Assembly (NCBI GenBank): GCA_020891255.1
Contig: BQFW01000002.1
Span: forward strand, 3,844,001-3,908,000
Reading direction: 5' to 3'
DNA: 64,000 nucleotides
Source of the DNA: Entomortierella parvispora E1425
Taxonomy: Eukaryota > Fungi > Mortierellomycota
This document shows, piece after piece, positions 34,830 through 46,703 of the stretch; position 1 is the stretch's first letter; the number at the start of each line of letters is the position of its first letter. The notes beneath the pieces are model-generated. The model was given only the letters and a program-made list of their open reading frames with translations, made no database searches and was not told where the DNA came from. A program made the translations under genes and the position numbers.

Positions 34830-36239
34830 TTATTGTTTCTTCAGCAAGGATTCAAAGGTTGAAAGAACGACGCACTTTTTTTTGGTCTTTTTGGGCTTTG
34901 AGGACAGCTTCTTGTTCGTGTAGCTGTTGTATCCATGGACAGAGTGGGCCTTTTTGAAATCATAGTCGCTTCCATTCTCCGCGTCTTCGTCGATCTCGTC
35001 CTCTAGAAAGGAAGACGACTCCACAGAACTATCATCAGCGTCAGCTCCTTCTAGTAAAGCCAGGCCATGGATCCCCCGGGTGCTATCATTCGACCATCGA
35101 CGCTTCTCTAGCGGCACGGTGGTTCGAATTGGACGCGACAGCGACAAGGGGAGGTGCATGGCCGAGAAGGTTGAGAGGGAGAGGGTTGGGGACGAGACGG
35201 TGGCTCGAGACGTGGACGAGGCTGAAGATATGGACGAAATTGGGGACATGTTCTTGAACCTCGCAGGGAGCGAAGGCGTGGACCGGGCAAAAGGTTGTTG
35301 ATGGTAGTGGTGAGAGTGAGTGTTTCCCCTCGAGTGTTTGGAAAGGGTCGATCGAATCGGAGCAGAGGCCAAGAAGGCGGTGCGCTCGGCAACGGAGGGG
35401 CGACGTTGCGTCAGATAGTCAGACTTGTCATATGGAAGGGAAGGCAGGGCTTTTTCAGTGGATCTTGAGGAGAAGGAGGCGTAGGAGGCGGAAGAGGAGG
35501 GTCGCTTGGAAGCAGAGACTGGGGTCCGGGGCATGGTGCGGTGGTCGAGACTCCAGGTGGCAGAAACGGCGCTGTTCATACTGCTGCAGCGACTGCTGCT
35601 GACAGGCGGCAGTGTTTCGGTCGAGTTTGTGGGAGAAGGGGTTCGGATCGAGGGGACAAAAGTCGAGAAGGAGGTCATGGAACTCGTCCGCAAAGGGATA
35701 GGAGAAACCAGATCCGAGAGGGCAGGTAAAGATGGGTGGCTCTCTGTTGAGTTGTTCACTGTGAGATCTGTCGTGAGATCTGTCGTGAGATCTCCCGTGG
35801 CGGTGGAGGAGGTGGTATTCGTTACTGGCGTTGCTTCTGAGGTGGGTGTTGCTGGAAGAGTGCTGGAGAATGTGTCGTTATCAGAGGCGATGAGTGTGTC
35901 ATAAGTGGAGGGCGCGATGATTCGCATGGAGGGAAAAGCGGTAGGAGAGTCTGGACGCGTCTCTGCTGTTGCTGAAATGGACTCTGTGTATGAGGGCAGT
36001 GTAGGAAGTACTTCTTCTGAGGAAGGGGATTGAGTGTCTTCCTCATCGTACCCGAACGTGAAGCGGACGCGTCTTCTGGACGTTTCGGACTGAATTGATT
36101 CCGAGTATGGGGCTGTCCGCAATTGCTGTTCAGGCAGCTGTGGAAAGGTCGAGAGATGAGAGGAGGATGGAGAAGAAGAGGCAGTAGAGGCCATGGTACA
36201 CGAGTCTACAGACGGCGTGATGGGTTCTGAATGAATCAT
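34830..36239 (-). CDS. Ser/Thr/Pro-rich, probably disordered hypothetical protein, 469 aa, single exon
   Basis: Long ATG-initiated ORF with an upstream TATA box. Contains RRRVRF and a 12-bp repeat encoding DLTTDLTTDLT. No recognised domain. Confidence 0.7.
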   Translation of the reverse strand: MIHSEPITPSVDSCTMASTASSSPSSSHLSTFPQLPEQQLRTAPYSESIQSETSRRRVRFTFGYDEEDTQSPSSEEVLPTLPSYTESISATAETRPDSPTAFPSMRIIAPSTYDTLIASDNDTFSSTLPATPTSEATPVTNTTSSTATGDLTTDLTTDLTVNNSTESHPSLPALSDLVSPIPLRTSSMTSFSTFVPSIRTPSPTNSTETLPPVSSSRCSSMNSAVSATWSLDHRTMPRTPVSASKRPSSSASYASFSSRSTEKALPSLPYDKSDYLTQRRPSVAERTAFLASAPIRSTLSKHSRGNTHSHHYHQQPFARSTPSLPARFKNMSPISSISSASSTSRATVSSPTLSLSTFSAMHLPLSLSRPIRTTVPLEKRRWSNDSTRGIHGLALLEGADADDSSVESSSFLEDEIDEDAENGSDYDFKKAHSVHGYNSYTNKKLSSKPKKTKKKCVVLSTFESLLKKQ

Positions 36240-36369
36240 GGATGTAGCAGGTTGTTGGCGAGTGAAAAAAAAGAAAGAAAGTGCAGAAACTTGAAATCTC
36301 AGGACAGAAAAGACAGAAGTAGAAAAAAAAAGAATTTTTGTTCATGTCAAGGTCTGGGGTGAGGTGCCC

Positions 36370-36376
36370 TTTTATA
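36370..36376 (-). promoter_or_regulatory. Candidate TATA box of the Ser-rich gene
   Basis: TATAAAA on the minus strand, about 135 bp upstream of ATG 36239. Confidence 0.5.
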
Positions 36377-39044
36377 AGAAGGACCCACGGGAAGAACCAC
36401 AGGGAACTGGGAATGGATCGTCAAGTCCAGAGAAGAAAATGAACCAAAAAAAACACACAAGGGCGTGTGTGTGTTTGGCTCTGAAGCGCGGAAGCGTGCT
36501 CTCAAAAAGTTATGTGTTGTGTGTCTTTGGCTGATGCCTTTGACCCTGCAGGCCGTTAATGAGCTGAAATGCAAAAGGTCTGGTTGGCTGAGAACGTTGC
36601 AGCACGTCAACCCTGTTTGTGAATAACAGGATAGTGCCATAGTGGAGTCAATGGCTAGTAGAGCTTCAATTGAGCCACAGTCCAGACTAACTTCCAAGCG
36701 CGCGCGCAACTCCACCCTTCCTCCTCGGACCTTTTCTCAAAACCGTCCATCAATGCTCAAGACGGAGCACAGCTCTGCTCTTGTCTCCTCTTCTCGACCA
36801 GAAATGAATCAAGAGTATGTGCAATGTCACCTCTTTTTCATTTCCATACTTCCGCGTCAAAATAGATTCGGATGAAATATTAAAAAAAATCAACAGGGGG
36901 CTATGTTGTTGTTGTGGTCAACCCATGTTATGGCGAAGTGCAGAAAAGTCAATTTCTGCGTCGCGATTCCGCTCTTCAACGTTTTCGGTGAAGTGGTTAT
37001 TGTCCTCCCCCATCCACTCTGCATCTGCACTGAAACTGCACCCTCACTCCCGCTTTTTTGGCTGGGCGAAGGGGTCTAGATCGCATGGATGTACGTACAC
37101 ACGCACCCAGGCAATAATTCTTTTCGAGTCCGCTTCGTTTTCACAGAGGCGTTTCGTGACACCAGGTCTTATTCCCCAATCCAACAATTGACCAAAATCA
37201 TGGAGCGGAACTGGGTCTATTAGTCCAGATTACCGACTCTGTTCACCCCAAAGAAGAAGACCCTCTGCCTCGTGAAAGAAAAAAAAACAGATAGGCAATG
37301 AGTTGCGGGGTAGAAATAAGACATCCTTCCTCCCCAAACCCCCAAACCTCAAGTTTTATCAAGCCATAACCTTGGCGGGGATTATGAAATCGAAAAAAAA
37401 AGTCTTGTCATCATTTTCTTTTTGGCCAATGTCGATATAATATGGTAGTGCGATATAGCTCCTGACTTCGGATGAAGGTTGCTCAACGAAGGACAAGGGT
37501 CCGAAGGAAAAGGAAAAAGTGGTTCTCAGGATGGACACAATGCAAAAGAGGGTCGGGTCCGTTCGAGCTCTCCAATTGAGAGCAATAATTTTTTTTCTTC
37601 CCTCTCTCTGACTCTAGGCTTAGCTAACTGCACGGAACTCGAGTCAATGTCTCACTGAATATCACTTGTTTGACTTACTAATGGGGTCGCTGGCAAGAGA
37701 GGAGATGGGGGTCTTGGAACCGATGCTTCCCGTGATTCCAGAGTGGGGGAACAGCTCAAGGAGGCGCAGGGGCATCTTGAGTTGAAGTGGCGCTGCGTTT
37801 TTTTTTGTCAAATTCGGGACTGGAACACACGTCGGCGCGTGGCGAGGTAAGCAATAACAAAGGACCACGAACACAAGCAGCCCGATCACTTTTTTCCTCT
37901 GTCAAAAAGGAAAGAGTTGACGGGAATGCCTTCGCCCCAAACACATCGTTTAGGCCCAAACGACCCTGCCATCTGGAGGAGGTGGAATGAAACAACAAAG
38001 CACAGGGTCAGTTCTTGGAGTTTTCGCCTCTTGGCCTTTTTTTTATTCTCCTTCAGATTCCATGTTGTCAGCCTGTCCATTGCAAACAAAAACAAAGATC
38101 AAGCACGGATCAAGAAGGGCTCGAAAACAATGGAAAAATGTCAAGCAAGAGAGAAAAAGGATCCAAATCGGCTCTCAGTCCTTCACGATGATCGAAAAGA
38201 TGCTACTTTGCCAGCTCTTGGACGAGGCTCTCAGTCATCTTTGATTCCTTCAAAAAGTTTATTTTTATCCTCTTGCCTGTGCACATGGACCTTCTTCCGC
38301 GGAAGTGTTGGGCGGGAAACGTTGTCCAGAGATCTCAATTGCCCTTGGATAGAGTCAATGGATCATTCCTCGCGCGTGCGTTGGTTCGGTGGCAAAGGAA
38401 CAAAAAAGAATCAAAATCCAAACAGAAAACAAAAACTCAATTCGACATTCCCCTTTCGTCATTAGCCTTTGAACAACTGAACCCTTTCCCTTCCCACAGA
38501 TCTCGGTACATAGACCGCGGACCGGTGTAGGCCTCCATAGAAGCATCCTTCAGTTTCGAGCCCTCCACTCAGCCCGATCGGCTTCTGAGTTCCAGCTCTC
38601 GCCCTCTCTCCCTAAAATTGGAAGAAAAAGAGTCGACAAGACGAGATCGCCGCGGGATGAAGTAAGATCTCTCAGTCCAGATGCAAGTGAATAATTTGAT
38701 CCGCACCGGCTTTTCCACTATTCATGACAAAGAACATTCGCATGTTCAGAACGAGAAGATCCTATTTCTTGCTCAGTACAAAGAGGGCCTTTATTCTGTA
38801 TTCGGGGACTATTCTCATACGCTGCAAAATTCTAAGAAAATAGTCAATAGTCCTTCATACGGTTTGGGTCAGGTAAACTATTTGTTTATCTGTTGATTGT
38901 CGATACTGAAGTCGAGACCAAGTCTGCCATCTTTACGCTCTGCGGAGAAACTATCCTGTCAAATCCACGGTAGATGACTGCAATGTTTCCTGCTATTGTA
39001 TAAAGAAACCTAGGAATCGCAGAGCCTGCGTAACAAAGACGATG

Positions 39045-40374
39045 TTACTGTTGCGTTGACTGAAGATGGGAAAACTGCTGCTGCTGCTGCTGCTGTTGCT
39101 GTTGTAATTGTAGCTCCTCTTCTTTGAGCAGTTGGCGGTTTTGCTCCACCTTTGAGTCGCGCAAGTGCTTTTGGTGTTGTGTCGGATTTGTCGTCGCCTC
39201 ATAGGCTGCCTTTGGATCCATTCCTCCTCGCTCTAGCTCCTCCATGGCAGCAATCTCTGTTGCTGTCAAGAATCGTCCACCTGGACCACGTGGTCGACGC
39301 ATTGCGTGCTTGTGCCGTGATTCATGGAGGTACTTTTTGGGATTCGTAAGAAATGGAGAGTTAATATTGGAAATAAAGGGAATCGAAAGAAAAAGAGTCG
39401 CTTCTTTTCTTTTCAAAGAGATTGAAGATGGCATCAAGTGTCTTTTACCTTTCGTCCTCGTAGCAACAGTCGATTCTCGGCTTCTAAACTTGCCCTGGCT
39501 GCTCTCCGTTTGAGGATGCGATGATACTATTGAATTACGAAAAGTCGTCATGACATCAGTCAGGGGGTGGGTATTTGATGGTCATTGGTAGTTGTCAAGA
39601 TGGGCGATGGTTTGTAGCTGTTGGTGTTGGTCCTGCTGTTCGTGTCAACAGTGTCTTTCTGTGGGCAAACGATGGGCCGCTGCCCGATGATAGGCTAGGC
39701 CATCCAAGCCAATCATTTCGCTGTAGTCGTGGTCGCGTCCTTGCGTTGGCCGTTTGGCGCGACCTGGTCGCGTTCGTCTGCTACGAAGTGTGGAGATGAT
39801 TGGATGGATCGATACGAATGGTGACACTCCCATCGGGACGATTGTTGGTTCCTTTGTCCTTGGGCCTTTGTAAAGGCGGAAGAAACTGCACAGCAAGAGT
39901 CCTTCTTCCCATTGAAGCGTCGACGGGTTGTTTTCTCAGTTCGTGATTTTCTGACATTGTAGACTGGTTACCTGCTTTGCATTCACATAGAGGGGCTCTT
40001 CCTGTTCTTCAGCCTGAGGTGCCTCAACCTGTCCGAGGACATAGCCGGCGGGCATCATGCTCTAGCGAGATTGTTCACAATGTCAGTGATCCCATGTTCG
40101 TCTTCCCAAATGAGACCTTGCTTTCCTGCCAGCATTGAGAGCAGAACCAACGCGCCGATTGACTTTTTTTTCTTACAGGGTCTACGACCAGCACCCCGCC
40201 AATGGTGCCCGGGTAGCCGGGGGGTATCTGGCCATACAGTGAATGGGATGCACTCGAGTCCGGGGACTCTTGCGGGAGGGGCGAAGTCGAGGTCGCCGAG
40301 GACGTGGGTGGTGCAGGCGATGAGGGCTGGGGAGAGGCGACCTGATTCTTCTTGGATGCCTTTGACTTTGTCAT
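39045..40374 (-). CDS. HAP2: CCAAT-binding factor subunit Hap2/HapB/NF-YA, about 217 aa, 4 exons (40374-40177, 40061-39972, 39526-39449, 39332-39045)
   Basis: Spliced core EEPLYVNAKQ|YHRILKRRAARASLEAENRLLLRGRK|YLHESRHKHAMRRPRGPGGRFLT, with a poly-Q tail. Confidence 0.95.
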
Positions 40375-41098
40375 TGCAGAAGAAGGGAGGATGAGTCTGT
40401 GGAGGAGAGGGCAGCGAGTCAGCAAGGGATCCGCAAAGACGCAATCAGATCGTGGATGGAATGTGCAGAGGAATGAAGGGCGACGTCGGCGATCATCCCT
40501 TCGCTGTCGTCTTGTCTCTGGTCACACACGCCTTCAGGCCGAAAGGAGGAAGCCAACCACACCATCAAAATCGCATCAGACTTCTTGGAAAGATGATATA
40601 TACTATCAAGCGCTCCTGCGTCGTCATCCTTGGTCCGGACTGGTTATCGGCTCATGGCTGTTTGCCGTCTGCTGTGGTCTCTAGCCGGGCACCGTACTGC
40701 CCTGGTCGGTGCGCAATGGCCCCAGTTGAAGTAGGCTCGGTGACATGCATGGCTGTTCATCGCAGGTTAGTGTCGAGGCCCGACCGGATATGATAAGAAG
40801 TGACATGATCCGATCTGTCTGCTCTTCTCTGCTCCACTCTCCTGGGGTGGGACTTTGTCCTACCGCACCGCGGCACCTCGCGGTCTCCCTGCTGTTTCCT
40901 GTTTTCACCAAAACGCCCTCCGCCACCAATCCCATGCATTCCATACGGTCTAGCCACCCAACTTCGCGCATGCAGCCTTGGAAATAAGAAAAACTATGCA
41001 CGGAAGAGAGAGCAGCATGGGAAGCAAGAGAGAGAGCGCTCTTCTCATTCCAGATCGGGAAAGGAACAAGGTAACAAATCATCCACTGACGAAAATGC

Positions 41099-41099
<1 letters not shown>

Positions 41100-41130
<31 letters not shown>
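41100..41130. repeat. A31 homopolymer, one of many long A/T runs (e.g. T24 at 844-867, T32 at 20462-20493)
   Basis: Read directly from the sequence. Confidence 0.9.
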
Positions 41131-41133
<3 letters not shown>

Positions 41134-41333
41134 TGCCCACCTTTTGTCGCGCAAGAAGGACGAAGGGGGCAAGGAAGTTCAAGATAAGCAGACTGGACAC
41201 ACACATACAAGACGAAACGAGGTATCGGCGAGACAAGAACACGAAGGAAAAACACGAAACAATAGACGGGAGCACAAAAGGTGCCGCAACCACAACATCC
41301 GCAGGAAGGGCAAAAAATAAAAAGATGAGCCCT

Positions 41334-41334
<1 letters not shown>

Positions 41335-41362
<28 letters not shown>
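41335..41362. repeat. (GGCT)7 microsatellite
   Basis: Seven perfect units upstream of HAP2. Confidence 0.9.
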
Positions 41363-41364
<2 letters not shown>

Positions 41365-43148
41365 GCTGGGAAGAAGACCTGAGGCAATCAAACAGGCAAT
41401 CAACCAGCAATCAACCAAAAAGAATTGTTTGTCCGAGGAAGAGAAGAAAGGATACGTCGCAGTTTGGATGTCGGATGCACAACTCAGTCTTCCTTCCTTC
41501 TCTGCCTCCAATGGCAAACAAAAGAACAAAGGAACGACAGCAATGGGAGGAACGGACCAGCAATGGCAATTCATTGCAATTGAAACAATAAGAGGGACCA
41601 AAGACCGCATTCTTCCCGGCGACAAGGGGAAGAAAGATAGGCAGTCAAATTGACATCGTGGTGCAAGGAACTATTATTGTTGTTATTCTCACCATCACGG
41701 CCGCCGCCAGAATGGACATGGACGCGGTCTATTCCAAAAAAAAGTGGTTGCTCGACCTCATGTCAGTCCAATAAACAAGTCCCTGGAAGATCCGAGCGCG
41801 TTTTAGGATAGAGGTGCCTGTTCTCGTCAGCAAACATCCAGGAAACACCCATGAAAAGGCCCATTGTTTGCACAACCAACACCCCTGGACGGACATGAGG
41901 GTGGACAGCTCAGGTGGTCCCTTCCTTCACTCGGGTACAAGCCCCCCCTGTGCCTGCATGGTTGTTTGATCATCCTTGAAGGCTCTCTCGCTCCTGATCT
42001 GCCCTGGGAGCGGCGAACGGGACAGGCAAAAAGGACGGTACATAAATGAAAAGAAAATGTCGTAATTGCAATCAACGTCGTTTGAACGTGAGGTGGACGC
42101 GCTCGTTCGCAACGAGCATGGGCCACGACGTGAGCCATGGACTCCGTTTCTTTTCTCTCCATGTCCTTCCCCCCTGGGAACGGAACGATTATACAACGGT
42201 CCAGGGGGGGGGGGGGGTGTGAAGGAGGCACAGTCTGGTTCCCAATAGAGGGATGAATGGGTGCCGGTCTGTGGTTGTGGGAGAAAGAAGGGCGTTTCTA
42301 ATAATAAAAAAAGAGTAATTTCCTTCAGACCGGGAAGAAAGACGAGCGAACGAAAGCAAAGCAAAGCACGATCGGACTCACTGGCTGTGCCTCCCTGTCT
42401 GGATGGGTCTTCTGTCTCTTGTTTGCTGCAAGATACATGGCATTGCATTCACTTTTGAGATCGATTGAATCGCCAATTGTCGACACAAAACAGGCCAAGG
42501 TCAAACAAACCATGGCCAATTTTACTGCACTCTATGCGGGGACATGCAATGGTATCTTGTCTCTTCCTCTTCCTCTTCACTGTCCACTCCCACACCACAC
42601 AACGCAACCCTTCTGGCTCCTCTCTCCTCTCTTTCTTTGTTCTTCCGCCCTTCATTTATTCTCTGCCCTCTTCCCTTCTCTTCTCCACACACTTTGCTCT
42701 AGCACTAGTCCTCCCCTAAACTCATCCACCTTTCCCCGTTCCTGTCAACGGTTCTTCTCCTTTCGCCCACCACTCGATCTTTGAGCAGATCGAACCCCTC
42801 CCTCGTTCGCCCCTCTCCTCTCTTTCTTGTGTCTCTTCAACCGACCCTATTCTCGCTTTCTCGTTCTCATACTTAAACCCCCCCCCCTCCTCCCCTCTTC
42901 TTCTTGCCACCCATTCCCCCCCTCATTCATCCTTCCATCTCCCCATCCTGCCTGCCATCCCTCTGTTCCATCCCCTACCTCAATCGCCAGTTCATTCTTG
43001 CACCATTGCCCGATCCCTCTGAATAGAACAGTCGCCCCTTCCTCATCGCGTAGCACCCACGCTCCACTGAACACGCAATCACCCCTCTTTCTTCCCTTTC
43101 CTCCACCACCATTCTCTTTGAATCAGACCTCCGCCTCCCGCCCTCGCC

Positions 43149-46100
43149 ATGGCTGCAGTCTCTGACTTCTCGGCAAGAGTCTCGAAGCAAGCGGGCCAGC
43201 AGCAGCGAATTCCGGTCCAAATTGGACGGCTGACCGAGGCGAATCTGTACCGGCACACGATCATTGTAAGTGTATGCATGGTGTAGGGGTGGCAGACTGG
43301 CAGTGACCATGGACCATGGGCCATATGCAGTAATCGGCCTCGAACACGGGGGGGAATGATATGGACGCGAGAGAGAGGACGGACGAGTGAGTTCACCCAT
43401 ATTCTGGAGCGCATTGGTGCTGCATATAAATAGGATACGATACGATTCACAATGCTATAAGGGGATCCATGATCCCCCTTTGTCTGTGTGTCTGTCGGCC
43501 TGACTGTCTGCCTGACCAACTCCCTGCCCGGCTCTGCATAACACGACTCGATCCCACTTTGCCATGCTGTGCTTCTCCATGATCGCGACCATGGGAATGA
43601 ACAAGGGCTCATCGCTCGATCGCGATCCCCTCTTCTCCCTCCCTTGGCGCATCGCACTTGTGTCTGGTGGACTGCAAACGGGTCGATGATGATATTAATT
43701 GCGGCCGAAACGGCTCCTCTTCCCTTCCCTTCCCTTCCCTGTCTCCGTTCGTTCATTGTTCTTTGTAGAGCCCACCCTCGCGGGAAGCCAAGCTCAAGCA
43801 CATCCTCGACTATGTAGAGCTGCAGCGCGAGCTGATTGCACTCGAGGAGGATCTGTACCGGACAGCCACCGAGCGCAGTCTCTGGCGCTCCTCGTCCTCG
43901 CCCACTCCCACACCCACGCCCAACAACAACAACAACAGCAACAGTCGAAACAACAATATCAACAATGATGTGGAAGTACACAGCCGGAGCAACACTCCTC
44001 CGGCACTCCTCCCACGCCCTCCACCTCGGTACACCGCGGCCAACGTAGCCCCTGTGCAGGAGGACAGCCCATCGCAGTCTAGAGGAGACCTCCATCGACA
44101 ATCAACCTCGCTGCCCTACGGCGATAGCCTGCAGCAGCTGATGCAGCAATATCCATCCCACTTACATCAGCCATCCTCAATTACCCTGCCACAGCCTCCA
44201 GTGCGTCGGCGCTCGCACGGCCGCACACCTACACCACAACAGCAACAACAGCAGCTTCAACAGCAACAACAGCAACAGTTCGACTTGTACCCTGACGGTC
44301 TTGACCCTCGAGTGGCCCTTCCTCGTGCTTTGCCAAGGAGCATGGCCCATCATGATCAATCTCTTTATCGGGACTCGTTCTACTCTGGCATTGGCCAAGA
44401 AAATGACTGGCGACAACTCGAAGAGCTCGATCCTGACAGTCTTGCAGGTATCCATCTCTATGGGGACACGTCTGACCTTCAACTGATCGGCCAGAACGCA
44501 TTTCAACAACAACAGCACCAACAGTCCTTGCCTTACGAAATGTCACCAGCCATTGCTTCATCTCCACTCAACAAATATCCGATATATGAGCTCACACCAG
44601 CTCGACCCTTGGAGCATTATCGTCAGCAAGAACAACAGTATCCTCAGCAACAACCGCCCTCGCCCTTCAACTATCGCCCAATGCATTATCCTGGCGATGA
44701 CGAAGAAGAGATGGAAGTCAGCATGGCAACAAGGCATCGTCGGCAACATTCAGCCTCGATGCTGCAGCAACAACAGCAACAGTTGCAACAACAGCACCAG
44801 CAACAGAGTGCACAGCAGCAGCAGTTGAGCCGACAGCAGTCTATGCGTGATAGAAAGTCGCCCGAAAGACAATTATATTCTCCAACGTCGAACCCGATGG
44901 AGAAGGAGAAGAAACAAGGACGGTTCTCGACCCGATTCTCGTTCCTAACTCGCCGTCGTCAGCCAGAACAGCAACACCACCGTCACGAGAGTATGCCAGG
45001 CGGACCTTCTCGGGACCCTTGGCTGCAAGCCGATTCCCAGGCGAAATACCAGTCGTTGGGTCATCGGTCAGGCAGACAAGCAGCCATGGCGATTGAGGAG
45101 GCTGAAGACGAGGAAGATGAAACCAGTCAGTATTGGCAAAATGGCCATATCAGGGTTGCGTCACGAATCGACTCTCCTGTTCAGCAAAAGCCAAAGTCGG
45201 GCCATGGCAATCGTGTCAAACAGCTGTTCAAGGATGTGTTTGGTCGATCGTCCAAGAAGAACGCAGCTCCTGAGCCAGGGACAATCCAAGAGATTTCGCT
45301 ACCGGATACTCACCGCACAACGCCTCCTCATCTCCAGCATCAGCGCTTGTACGGTTCGCCCTCACCGCAGATAGACGCCGCGACATTTCAGTCTCCATAC
45401 TCGTACTCTACCCACAGCATGCTTCCTCCCCGTCGCGCAATGTCTCCAGTCTCGAGGCCAAGCACGGCACAATCCATGGAACGTCAAGGCTATTATCCAG
45501 GACGAGCGAGCTTCAGTCACAACCCTATTCGAGAGAGTCTGGTGGACCCGATTCAGTACAGCCTCTCGTATACAAACCTGAATCCTGGCGACGAAAATGA
45601 GTATCTGATCAGGAACCAAGCTAATTCGAGGGCCCATTCACCCTACGCTCTGACCTCTCTCACCCCACCACCATCGGGACCTCCACCCTCGGCCATGAGA
45701 CAATCCATGGGCCCTCGGAAACCCTCAGCCCTCCTAGGCGGCATGTTGATGTCCGTTGCTACAGCGTCCGCTGCTGACCAACAGCAGCTTAAACAGGGCG
45801 ACTTTATGAGTCCTTCTCAGCAGCAACAGTCGCAACAGCAGCAGCAGGTTTATAAGCAGTCAGTGGTCAACAACGTTGACCGGTATCGTGCCAGGAGATC
45901 CTCCCAGTTGATTCCAATCCCCAAGGACAATGTCGATAGCGGCTGTGATTCAGTTGGAGGGTATGAGCCTCACACCACGGCCTCCAATGCCACGACCCTG
46001 CACCCCAATCTCCCCTCTGCCAAGCAAGAGTTGACAACAACGCCCACTCAGTCGACGCTGCCACTACAGGTGCAACAGCAAAACGGCAAGCATTTGATCC

Positions 46101-46435
46101 ACCACATCCCATCGTCGTCCATTGACTTTGACCGGGACATGACTCTGTCTTCCACAACGTACGATAACGGGCCCGTCCTGGTGTCCATGGCTCAGGTCCA
46201 AAAAGTCGACCTCGAAGGACTTTGTGCTCAAGTCTCCAAGCCCTACAAGAGTGCCCTCTTGTCATTGTCGGTCACGAACCCTCCTCATATCGCTGGAGAG
46301 GACGATGAAGAGGAGGAGAAGGATAGAACAGGGGAAGAAGAGGATGAGGTGATTGACCCAAAGAACTTTCATCCTCTTCACACCCACCCGATCAGCATGG
46401 TCGTTGCTGTTGAGTCCCCCTATTTCATGGCGTAA
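43149..46435 (+). CDS. Gln/Pro/Ser-rich hypothetical protein, about 927 aa, 2 exons (43149-43265, 43769-46435)
   Basis: The GTAAGT..TTTGTAG intron joins MAAVSDF..RHTII in frame to SPPSREAKLKHILDYVELQRELIALEEDLY and the long ORF. Contains many poly-Q tracts and no recognised domain. Confidence 0.75.
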
Positions 46436-46703
46436 GACAAAAAAAACGAGGAACTCCCCAGGATGAGTTGGGCGGATGGGTCCCCCTCTCCCCCTTCTCA
46501 TTCCTTTGTACATATTATCTATCGTGCCACTTCCTGTACAGCTATATAAAGAACGCCGTGTACGCGCGTGACAACGTGCAACAGATTCTGGTGTTGGTTC
46601 GAGTTTTTGCGGGTTTTAATGGAATATTGGTCTATGTTGTAAAGGTATGGCACATGTCGCATGAAAAACTGAAGTCGAATGCTAGAATGCTAAAAGAAAA
46701 CTA

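Noticed and set aside
34830-34895. Polybasic KKTKKKCVVL resembling a CAAX box
   Set aside because: Ten further residues (STFESLLKKQ) follow before the stop, so it is not terminal. An error in the A-run would change the frame rather than create a CAAX end.
38294-38305. Palindrome CTTCCGCGGAAG containing the yeast PDRE TCCGCGGA
   Set aside because: About one such 8-mer is expected per 64 kb, and there is no nearby gene start.
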